Origin: a virus
Lineage: Duplodnaviria; Heunggongvirae; Uroviricota; Caudoviricetes
Length of the DNA: 14,701 nucleotides
Strand: one strand, 5' to 3'
IMG/VR virus record: IMGVR_UViG_3300029184_000058
Both the position numbers and the translations under genes were made by a program. The notes below the pieces were generated by a model that ran no database searches, was not told where the DNA came from, and saw nothing but the letters and a program-made list of their open reading frames with translations. How positions within the stretch are numbered: the stretch's first letter is position 1; the number at the start of each line of letters is the position of its first letter. Positions 1-7,031 of the stretch are shown piece by piece.

Positions 1-56
1 CATGACCATGAACGGCGGGCGATGGGTGAATTTTAACTGGGAGAGCTGGCGTCCGA

Positions 57-869
57 ATGTCGTCCAGCCAGGAATTGCGAAGTGATTTTTACCGGGAGGA
101 AATTTTAATGGAAACCGTTTTTGATGCACTGAAAGCAATGGGAAAAGCCACGTCGGTAGAACTGGCTGCGCGATTTGATATCAGTCGTGAAGAAGTGCTG
201 AACGAGCTGTGGGAACTTAAAAAGGCTGGCTTCGTTGATAAAAGCGTATACACCTGGCGTGTGGCTGATAACAACGTTCAGCAGGAACAGCCAGAGCAGG
301 CAGAACTGCCGGAAGAAACCACCACGGCAACAGTAGCGAAAATCTCAGAGTGCGATTTAACCGCGACGATTGAACAACGTGGCCCACAAACGGCGGATGA
401 ACTGGCTACGTTTTTCGGCACCACATCACGCAAAGTGGCTTCAACGCTGGCAATGGCAATCAGCAAAGGCCGTCTGATTCGCGTTAATCAGAACGGTAAA
501 TTTCGTTACTGCATGCCGGGCGATGATTTACCAGCAGAGCCGAAAGCTGCATCGGTAACGGAAACTGATGGTAAAGCCTTTCCTCAACCAGCAGGTGTTG
601 CGTTACCGGGACAGGAAGCTGCAACACAGGAAGATATTAAAACAGAAACTGTGGCGGACATTGTGCAGTCGTTGCCATCGTTTACCGAAACGCGAGCGGA
701 TGACCTCGTTCTGCCATCGCTGCATATGGCAAACCGCGAACTGCGTCGGGCGAAAAATCATGTCCAGAAGTGGGAACGTGTCTGCGCCGCGCTGCGGGAG
801 CTGAACAAGCACCGGGATATTGTTCGACAGATTACTGATTCTTCTCGCTGTGTTGCATCGGAAAAGTGA
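57..869 (+). CDS. Hypothetical phage protein with two winged-helix-like segments, an acidic Pro/Glu/Thr-rich linker and a C-terminal helical region
   Basis: 270-codon ORF, ATG at 57 with GGAG about 12 nt upstream. Two similar segments (around residues 18-70 and 98-150) look like wHTH modules. Its stop is immediately followed by the next ORF's start region. Function not recognised; may correspond to a DUF-type prophage family. Confidence 0.7.
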   Translation: MSSSQELRSDFYREEILMETVFDALKAMGKATSVELAARFDISREEVLNELWELKKAGFVDKSVYTWRVADNNVQQEQPEQAELPEETTTATVAKISECDLTATIEQRGPQTADELATFFGTTSRKVASTLAMAISKGRLIRVNQNGKFRYCMPGDDLPAEPKAASVTETDGKAFPQPAGVALPGQEAATQEDIKTETVADIVQSLPSFTETRADDLVLPSLHMANRELRRAKNHVQKWERVCAALRELNKHRDIVRQITDSSRCVASEK

Positions 870-884
870 TTGCCGGAGGCGCTT

Positions 885-1301
885 ATGGCAAAAGTATTTA
901 CACAAGAAGAGCGGGAAAAAATCAAGGGACAGGTTGTTGAGCTAGTACGCCGGAGTGGGCGCGAGACGTTACGGCAACTGGAAGCCAAGACAGGTGCGAC
1001 AAGATATCTGATGAGCGTTCTCGCCAGAGAGCTGGTTGCCAGTGGCGATGTATACAACTCTGGCTACGGGTTATTCCCGTCTGAACAGGCTCGTAAGGAC
1101 TGGCAAAATGCCCGCAAAAAACTATCTAGGGCAAAGGTGAAGAAACCATCTGTGGTTGATCCGGACCTTATCTGGTCATTACCTGACGGAGAAATACGTC
1201 GTTATGACAGGCACCAAAACATAATTTGCTGTGAGTGCCGGAAGAGCGAAGTTATGCAGCGCATACTGGCATTTTATCAGAGAAATTTTCGTTATTTATA
1301 G
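885..1301 (+). CDS. Hypothetical phage protein (N-terminal wHTH-like segment, C-terminal Cys-containing segment)
   Basis: The ORF track begins at a TTG at 870, but ATG 885 is preceded by GGAGG at 874-878 (6 nt spacing), so 885 is the preferred start. Closely coupled to the upstream gene. Confidence 0.65.
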   Translation: MAKVFTQEEREKIKGQVVELVRRSGRETLRQLEAKTGATRYLMSVLARELVASGDVYNSGYGLFPSEQARKDWQNARKKLSRAKVKKPSVVDPDLIWSLPDGEIRRYDRHQNIICCECRKSEVMQRILAFYQRNFRYL

Positions 1302-1464
1302 ACGTTACTCGATTAAAGAGCATTAGTTCAGATGTGAATTGACATTTTCACGGCACAGGATTGAGCTAGCGTGGTTGTCTGCTTTGTGTCAAAAGCAGAT
1401 ATTACCAGATTTAGACATCTATTCCCGATAGCCCTGCTCTGATGCTACACTCTGTGCTATTTTC

Positions 1465-2151
1465 ATGACCCCAATAAAAATATTTATGACTATTGCTGAT
1501 TTCAAACGGCCTAAATTGGAGCTCCCAAACGGGGCAAACAAACTACTACTGCACTCTTGCTGTGCTCCATGTTCCGGTGAAGTGATGGAGGCGCTTCAGG
1601 CCTCGGGAATCGACTATACCATCTTTTTCTACAACCCGAACATTCATCCTCAGAAAGAGTATTTAATTCGTAAGGATGAGAATATTCGCTTTGCTGAACA
1701 ACACGGCGTGCCATTTATTGATGCTGATTACGACACAGACAACTGGTTTGAACGTGCCAAAGGAATGGAATGGGAGCCCGAGAGGGGGATCCGTTGTACC
1801 ATGTGTTTTGACATGCGTTTTGAGCGGACAGCGCTGTACGCTGCTGAAAATGGTTTCAGTGTGATCAGCAGTTCACTGGGCATTTCACGCTGGAAAAATA
1901 TGCAGCAGGTTAACGACTGTGGGCGGCGAGCCGTCGCGCATTATCCGGGCATGGTGTACTGGGATTATAACTGGCGCAAGCAGGGCGGCTCGTCCCGCAT
2001 GATTGAAATCAGCAAGCGCGAAAAATTCTATCAGCAGGAATATTGTGGCTGTGTGTATTCTCTGCGCGATACCAATCTACACCGCAAATCTCAGGGACGC
2101 CCTCTTATCAAAATTGGTCAACTCCACTACGGTAAAGAAGAGAAGGAGTGA
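1465..2151 (+). CDS. queH: QueH-like epoxyqueuosine reductase homologue (DUF208 family)
   Basis: 228-aa product carries the HSCCAPCS motif near the N-terminus plus further conserved Cys pairs (RCTMCF, YCGCVY), as expected for the DUF208/QueH family. Typical phage-gene composition. Start could alternatively be ATG 1486; neither has a strong SD. Confidence 0.65.
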   Translation: MTPIKIFMTIADFKRPKLELPNGANKLLLHSCCAPCSGEVMEALQASGIDYTIFFYNPNIHPQKEYLIRKDENIRFAEQHGVPFIDADYDTDNWFERAKGMEWEPERGIRCTMCFDMRFERTALYAAENGFSVISSSLGISRWKNMQQVNDCGRRAVAHYPGMVYWDYNWRKQGGSSRMIEISKREKFYQQEYCGCVYSLRDTNLHRKSQGRPLIKIGQLHYGKEEKE

Positions 2152-2159
2152 TTTTATGG

Positions 2160-2388
2160 AGCACCTTTCTTATTGATTTCATATTGGCGAGGTAGCGGGA
2201 GTTAAGTAAAATTGCTGCGGGTGCTTGAGGCTATCTGCCTCAGGCATGAACACCAAAAGGCAGATAGAGAAAAGCCCCAGTTAACATTACGCGTCCTGCA
2301 AGACGCTTAACATTAATCTGAGGCTCAATCTATGCTGAACACATGTAGGTTAGCCTCTTACGTGCCGAAAGGCAAGGAGAAGCAGGCT
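2160..2388 (+). promoter_or_regulatory. hok-type mRNA leader: structured 5' UTR with an in-frame upstream (mok-like) start at 2332; expected target region for an antisense Sok-like RNA
   Basis: Perfect 9-bp inverted repeat CTATCTGCC (2231-2239) / GGCAGATAG (2259-2267) with an inner palindrome TGCCTCAGGCA. In-frame ATG at 2332 upstream of the hok start. AAGGAG SD at 2374-2379. A 3' hairpin (2552-2573, GGCGAGGG/CCCTCGCC) follows the hok stop. The antisense RNA itself was not located. Confidence 0.35.
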
Positions 2389-2544
2389 ATGAAGCAGCAA
2401 AAGGCGATGTTAATCGCCCTGATCGTCATCTGTTTAACCGTCATAGTGACGGCACTGGTAACGAGGAAAGACCTCTGCGAGGTACGAATCCGAACCGGGC
2501 AGACGGAGGTCGCTGTCTTCACAGCTTACGAACCTGAGGAGTAA
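2389..2544 (+). CDS. hokD: Hok/Gef-family type I toxin (small membrane toxin), hokD/relF-like
   Basis: 51-aa product MKQQKAMLIALIVICLTVIVTALVTRKDLCEVRIRTGQTEVAVFTAYEPEE: single N-terminal TM helix, then the conserved RKxLCE...TGQxEVAxF Hok/Gef signature. SD AAGGAG 9 nt upstream. The hokD symbol is from memory of the E. coli Qin-prophage paralogue. Confidence 0.85.
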   Translation: MKQQKAMLIALIVICLTVIVTALVTRKDLCEVRIRTGQTEVAVFTAYEPEE

Positions 2545-3010
2545 GAGACCGGGCGAGGGAGAAATCCCTCGCCACCTCTGATGTATTATGCATCCTCAAC
2601 GCACCCACACTTAACCAGTTTTGGCGAGTTTATTTTATCTGTAAATATTTTTATAAAAATAATGCCCACGCACAGCATAAAACAAAAAGTATTACAGATA
2701 AAAAAGGAGCGTAATGTGCAGATTTGTTGTTTTCCATATTTACTCACCTTAATATGATTGATCTTGATAGGATTGTTATTTCAGTGGTTTTCAAATGAGA
2801 TATTATGGTGATCTGGTAGATTTGCATAACATTAAAATTTAATTTGTTTAACCGCTTTTAATAATAAGCGTTGTTTTTATCCCGGCAATCTGTTGTTTGG
2901 TTTTTATTCCATTAAGGTGGGGACTTTACACTGGAGCCAGTTTATTTATACTTCATACGTCAGCCTGAACAACTGGCATCTGCTGCACTGCGCCATCGAG
3001 AGATTGAGAA

Positions 3011-3610
3011 ATGGCGCATATACAACTGGTCAAACAAACTTCTTCTGGTTTACTTCTCCCGGCGACGCCGGAGAGTTGCGATTTTCTGCATCAAATCAAA
3101 ATAGGTGAGTGGATACACGCAGACTTTAAGCGTGTGCGTAACTACGCATTCCACAAGCGTTTTTTCAAACTCCTGCAACTGGGATTCGATTACTGGACTC
3201 CGGTCGGTGGGGCGATCACGCCTCGCGAACGAGAACTGCTGTCTGGTTTCGTGGATTACCTGTGCGAATCAGTTGGTCGGGAACATACGCCAGCCCTGAG
3301 TGATGCCGCAGAGCAATACCTTAACACCGTTGCGACTCGCAGAACCCGGGATACGGCGTTGCTAAAGTCGTTTGAGGCTTTCCGCGAGTGGGTAACCATT
3401 CAGGCCGGATTTTACACCGAGCATATTTATCCGGACGGTAGCCGTGGGCGTCGGGCAAAATCCATCGCTTTTGCGAATATGGACGAAGTCGAGTTTCAGC
3501 AGGTTTATAAATCTGTACTGAATGTGCTGTGGAACTGGATTCTGTTCCGTAAATTCTCCTCTCAGGAGGAAGTTGAAAATGTGGCCGCACAACTACTGGA
3601 GTTTGCGTAA
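3011..3610 (+). CDS. Conserved lambdoid nin-region protein (DUF1367-like, about 200 aa), function unknown
   Basis: 199-codon ORF with regular coding composition. Its stop overlaps the start of the next gene (TAATG at 3608-3612). The DUF1367 assignment is from recalled family size and synteny with the YbcO-like gene, not from a search. Confidence 0.7.
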   Translation: MAHIQLVKQTSSGLLLPATPESCDFLHQIKIGEWIHADFKRVRNYAFHKRFFKLLQLGFDYWTPVGGAITPRERELLSGFVDYLCESVGREHTPALSDAAEQYLNTVATRRTRDTALLKSFEAFREWVTIQAGFYTEHIYPDGSRGRRAKSIAFANMDEVEFQQVYKSVLNVLWNWILFRKFSSQEEVENVAAQLLEFA

Positions 3611-3900
3611 TGGTGAATTTACGTAAAGCGGCTAAAGGCCAGATGTGCCAGATCAGAATCCCTGGCTACTGCAATCACAATCCCGAAACCTCTGTGCTGG
3701 CGCATTACAGGCTGGCGGGGACGTGCGGAACAGCGACAAAACCACACGATATGCAGGCAGCGATTGCCTGTAACTCATGCCACGATTTAATCGACGGGCG
3801 GGTAAAAACCAGTGATTACACCAAAGAAGAATTACGCCTGATGCATGCAGAAGGTGTTTTTCGCACGCAAGAAATCTGGAGAAAGGAAGGTTATTTATGA
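3610..3900 (+). CDS. YbcO-like (DUF1364) small Cys-rich putative nuclease
   Basis: 96-aa product with Cys/His clusters (CQIRIPGYCNHNPE ... CNSCHD) matching the roughly 95-aa YbcO family of lambdoid prophages. Start overlaps the upstream stop; its own stop overlaps the Q-like start (ATGA at 3897-3900). Confidence 0.75.
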   Translation: MVNLRKAAKGQMCQIRIPGYCNHNPETSVLAHYRLAGTCGTATKPHDMQAAIACNSCHDLIDGRVKTSDYTKEELRLMHAEGVFRTQEIWRKEGYL

Positions 3901-4433
3901 TTTACCCAACAAATACAGGCAAAAGCGGGGAACACCTTCGTCTCACCACGCTGGAAAGTGTCTGGATTCAGGGAAAACTGCGCATGTGGGGGCGCTGGTC
4001 GTATATTGGCGGCGGTAAGACGGGGAATATGTTTAACCAGTTGCTGGCGTCAAAAAAATTGACGAAAACAGCCATCAATGAAGCCCTGCGCAGAATGAAA
4101 AAAGCGGGAATAGAGAAAGCTGAGCTGGAAGCGTTTTTGCGAGAGATGATCAACGGCAAGCAAAAGAGCTGGCTGGCGCATTGTACTGATGCAGAGGCAC
4201 TAAAAATTGATAGTGTTATAGGTGAAGTTCTGGCGGATCATCCAGGACTACTAAATGTCCTGAGTCAGCGTTATGTGGGGCGAGGGATGAGTAAGAGAAG
4301 GATGGCCGAGTTATTAAACGAACAGTACCCAGAGTGGGCGTTGATTACATGCCGACGTCGTGTTGATCAGTGGTTGCGTGTTGCTGAGTTCATTTTGTAT
4401 TCACCTATGAGAGAAGCGTTCGATTATGCTTAA
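3897..4433 (+). CDS. Putative late-gene antiterminator (Q-like)
   Basis: 178-aa ORF, last gene of the operon, sitting directly upstream of a promoter-like element plus intrinsic terminator, the tRNA genes and the lysis cassette: the canonical Q position. Sequence family not recognised with certainty. Confidence 0.55.
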   Translation: MIYPTNTGKSGEHLRLTTLESVWIQGKLRMWGRWSYIGGGKTGNMFNQLLASKKLTKTAINEALRRMKKAGIEKAELEAFLREMINGKQKSWLAHCTDAEALKIDSVIGEVLADHPGLLNVLSQRYVGRGMSKRRMAELLNEQYPEWALITCRRRVDQWLRVAEFILYSPMREAFDYA

Positions 4434-4440
4434 AAAATCA

Positions 4441-4469
4441 TTGCAAAATGAGCCACAAACTGCTTCAAT
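4441..4469 (+). promoter_or_regulatory. Candidate late promoter (pR'-like) downstream of the Q-like gene
   Basis: TTGCAA (4441-4446), 17-bp spacer, TTCAAT (4464-4469), located 8 bp after the Q-like stop and about 60 bp upstream of an intrinsic terminator, like lambda pR'/tR'. Confidence 0.3.
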
Positions 4470-4528
4470 TTCGGTACGCTTCGCATAGCTGTATCGCGAG
4501 GCAAATTAAGCGCATGAACTTTAATACA

Positions 4529-4557
4529 ACCCGCCATTGAGCGGGTTTTGTTGTTTC
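4529..4557 (+). terminator. Rho-independent terminator (tR'-like) after the Q-like gene
   Basis: Stem ACCCGC (4529-4534), loop CATTGA, stem GCGGGT (4541-4546), followed by TTTGTTGTTTCT. Confidence 0.6.
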
Positions 4558-4795
4558 TGTGGCGTGATATCAGAAACGACATTTAATAATCGCCTTCAAA
4601 ATAAATTTGTTTATACATTGTCATGTATATTTTAAGTGAAAGTGAATTATTCACATAAAATAAAAACATATAAATAAATTTACATAACTTGACGCAAAGT
4701 GTTGTTGCGATTGGAATATTAAATCGTATCATCGAAAACGGTTCTGAGGGGGAACTCTTCTTTGCTCGGTGATATCGCTCCCCTGAAGAACCAAT

Positions 4796-4871
<76 letters not shown>

Positions 4872-4874
4872 TAT

Positions 4875-4949
<75 letters not shown>

Positions 4950-5310
4950 GCATTTGAAACAAGCCTTATTGTATTGCGGCACTGGCGTATTTTTTTATTA
5001 CGTGGGAGCAGGTTGTTTTGAAAAAGCATTCTGTTCTCTGGCTATGATTTGAGGCCGGGTGTAGCCTCAGTGCTGATTTTTTACGGCAGCAGAATGGTGC
5101 ATTATCGGTGGAGATTTTGTATTTCCTGGCAGGGTCGGTGATGCATCATTCTGGTGTTGTAAAAGCACCGCAGAGGCGTTCCTCAGGGCGAGGGTGGTTT
5201 AAAGAGTCGGTTTAGCGGGAAACCACAGTATCCATACGGCACGGAATACTTCGGGAGGCACCCGACGCCTCGGTTTTATAACAATTAAATAATTCATCCC
5301 TTAATTGACC

Positions 5311-5337
5311 AACCGCCGTATCAGGCGGTTTTTTTAT
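5311..5337 (+). terminator. Rho-independent terminator in the tRNA-to-holin intergenic region
   Basis: Stem ACCGCC (5312-5317), loop GTATCA, stem GGCGGT (5324-5329), then TTTTTTTATT. A weaker hairpin (GAGGC...GCCTC plus GGTTTTAT) precedes it at about 5253-5280. Confidence 0.55.
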
Positions 5338-5720
5338 TCTTAATTCGAAAAAAGAAAACACGGACACTGATAATGTCCGTGCGGCAATGCCATGTAAGTC
5401 AGTGATGAATATGGCGCAAAAAAAGCGCGGCTGTCGGATTAACGCCGCGGGACAAAGTCCGTGAAGAAGAATAAGTATCGGTCTCCTTCCGGAGACGAGT
5501 TGATATTACTAAGCTTTAAAAATGGTTTAAATCCTCAGATTAACCTTAATTTCAGATAAGGTTTATTTCATTTTCTCCGCGTCACATCCGACGCACATCA
5601 CATCAGATAACACCACACAAAAGGCATCTGCGGGTGTCTTTGACGGGGTGTTTTTTACGGGCCGCTGGTGGCCATTTTTTGTTTCCATTACACAGCGCCC
5701 GCATCTGCGAGGTGGGGGTT

Positions 5721-5936
5721 ATGAAATCCATGGATAAGTTAACAACGGGTGTCGCCTATGGCACCTCCGCAGGCAGTGCTGGCTACTGGTTTTTACAGCT
5801 GCTCGATAAAGTCACGCCCTCACAGTGGGCAGCAATAGGTGTGCTGGGTAGCTTGGTATTTGGCCTGCTGACGTACCTGACAAACCTTTATTTCAAGATT
5901 AAAGAAGATAAGCGCAAGGCTGCGAGAGGTGAATAA
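5721..5936 (+). CDS. S: Class II pinholin, phage-21 S-type, with dual-start motif (Met1-Lys-Ser-Met4)
   Basis: 71-aa product [28 protein letters not shown]...: two TM segments (Gly/Ala-rich TMD1, then [18 protein letters not shown]), charged C-terminus, and the two-Met start typical of antiholin/holin pairs. SD GAGGTGGGGG just upstream. The track's longer ORF from 5634 lacks an SD and would add a non-homologous extension. Confidence 0.9.
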
Positions 5937-6433
5937 TGCCTCCATCATTACGAAAAGCCGTTGCTGCTGCTATTGGTGGCGGAGCAATTGCTATAGCATC
6001 AGTGTTAATCACTGGCCCAAGTGGTAACGATGGTCTGGAAGGTGTCAGCTACATACCATACAAAGATATTGTTGGTGTATGGACTGTATGTCACGGGCAT
6101 ACAGGAAAAGACATCATGCTCGGTAAAACGTATACCAAAGCAGAATGCAAAGCCCTCCTGAATAAAGACCTTGCCACGGTCGCCAGACAAATTAACCCGT
6201 ACATAAAAGTTGATATACCGGAAACAACGCGCGGCGCTCTTTACTCGTTCGTTTACAACGTGGGCGCTGGCAATTTCAGAACATCGACGCTTCTTCGCAA
6301 AATAAACCAGGGCGATATCAAAGGCGCATGTGATCAGCTACGTCGCTGGACATATGCTGGCGGTAAGCAATGGAAAGGTCTCATGACTCGTCGTGAGATT
6401 GAGCGTGAAATCTGTTTGTGGGGTCAGCAATGA
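5936..6433 (+). CDS. R: SAR endolysin (T4-lysozyme-like muramidase with N-terminal signal-anchor-release domain)
   Basis: 165 aa. N-terminal Gly/Ala-rich weakly hydrophobic segment ([20 protein letters not shown]), then a catalytic triad at E35, D44 and T50 ([18 protein letters not shown]). Start overlaps the holin stop (TAATG). Confidence 0.93.
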   Translation: MPPSLRKAVAAAIGGGAIAIASVLITGPSGNDGLEGVSYIPYKDIVGVWTVCHGHTGKDIMLGKTYTKAECKALLNKDLATVARQINPYIKVDIPETTRGALYSFVYNVGAGNFRTSTLLRKINQGDIKGACDQLRRWTYAGGKQWKGLMTRREIEREICLWGQQ

Positions 6434-6894
6434 ACAGAGTAACCGCGATTATCTCCGCTCTGGTTATCTGCATCATCGTCTGCCTGTCATGGGCTGTTAA
6501 TCATTACCGTGATAATGCCATTACCTACAAAGCGCAACGCGATAATGTGAAGGAAAAACTCAACCAGGCGACCGCAATCATTACTGACATGCAGATACGC
6601 CAGCGTGATGTTGCTGCACTCGATGCAAAATACCTGAAGGAGTTAGCTGATGCGAAAGCTGAAAATGATGCTCTGCGTGATGATGTTGCCGCTGGTCGTC
6701 GTCGGTTGCACATCAAAGCAGTCTGTCCGTCCGTGCGTGAAGCCACCATCGCCTCCAGCGTGGATAATGCAGTCTCCCCCAGACTGGCAGACACCGCTGA
6801 ACGGGATTATTTCACCCTCCGGGAACGACTGGTAATGATGCAGGCCCAACTTGAAGGTGCTCAGCAATACATAACCGAACAGTGTTTAAAGTAA
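6430..6894 (+). CDS. Rz: Rz i-spanin (inner-membrane spanin subunit)
   Basis: ATG 6430 overlaps the endolysin stop (ATGA). N-terminal TM helix ([16 protein letters not shown]) followed by a charged coiled-coil-like periplasmic domain. The track's GTG 6418 start is less likely. Confidence 0.85.
   Translation: MNRVTAIISALVICIIVCLSWAVNHYRDNAITYKAQRDNVKEKLNQATAIITDMQIRQRDVAALDAKYLKELADAKAENDALRDDVAAGRRRLHIKAVCPSVREATIASSVDNAVSPRLADTAERDYFTLRERLVMMQAQLEGAQQYITEQCLK
6650..6835 (+). CDS. Rz1: Rz1 o-spanin (outer-membrane lipoprotein), embedded in the +1 frame of Rz
   Basis: 61 aa, wholly inside Rz in a different frame. Signal peptide with lipobox VVGC, proline-rich mature region (PPSPPAW...PPDW). 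SD GAAGGAG 8 nt upstream of the ATG. Confidence 0.8.
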   Translation: MRKLKMMLCVMMLPLVVVGCTSKQSVRPCVKPPSPPAWIMQSPPDWQTPLNGIISPSGNDW

Positions 6895-7031
6895 AATCTT
6901 AACTACAATATGATTCATTTTGATGATTGTTTCATAAGGAACAGTGAAGTAAGATCTAAGATGAGTTAAATTTTATACAGTATAATAATAATGTTGCAGC
7001 AAGGTGGTTATAATTGAAAGAATATTTAGAT

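Noticed and set aside
89-466. Minus-strand ORFs (89-274 and 278-466) inside the first + strand gene
   Set aside because: Entirely embedded antisense to a well-formed + strand ORF, with no SD or promoter context; typical shadow ORFs.
568-1057. Alternative-frame ORFs 568-804 (+), 603-905 (-) and 758-1057 (-)
   Set aside because: They overlap the 57-869 and 885-1301 genes out of frame and are Arg/Cys/Ser-rich in the way spurious frames of GC-rich coding DNA are.
2552-2573. Hairpin after the hok stop as a transcription terminator
   Set aside because: The stem is strong but not followed by a U-tract; more likely part of the hok mRNA 3' fold-back structure than an intrinsic terminator.
2893-3108. 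71-codon + strand ORF overlapping the start of the DUF1367-like gene
   Set aside because: It begins in the AT-rich intergenic island without an SD and runs out of frame into the downstream gene; probably not translated.
4950-5720. Possible Shiga-toxin (stx) or other cargo genes between the tRNAs and the holin
   Set aside because: No ORF of adequate length exists in this interval, so no toxin genes are present; the slot is empty.
5634-5720. N-terminal extension of the holin from the upstream in-frame ATG at 5634
   Set aside because: No SD upstream, and it would add a 29-residue non-homologous extension; ATG 5721 has a strong SD and gives the canonical dual-start holin.
6005-6867. Minus-strand ORFs 6005-6190, 6525-6794 and 6643-6867 within the endolysin and Rz
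   Set aside because: Antisense shadow ORFs inside strongly supported lysis genes. The only genuine embedded gene here is Rz1, on the + strand.
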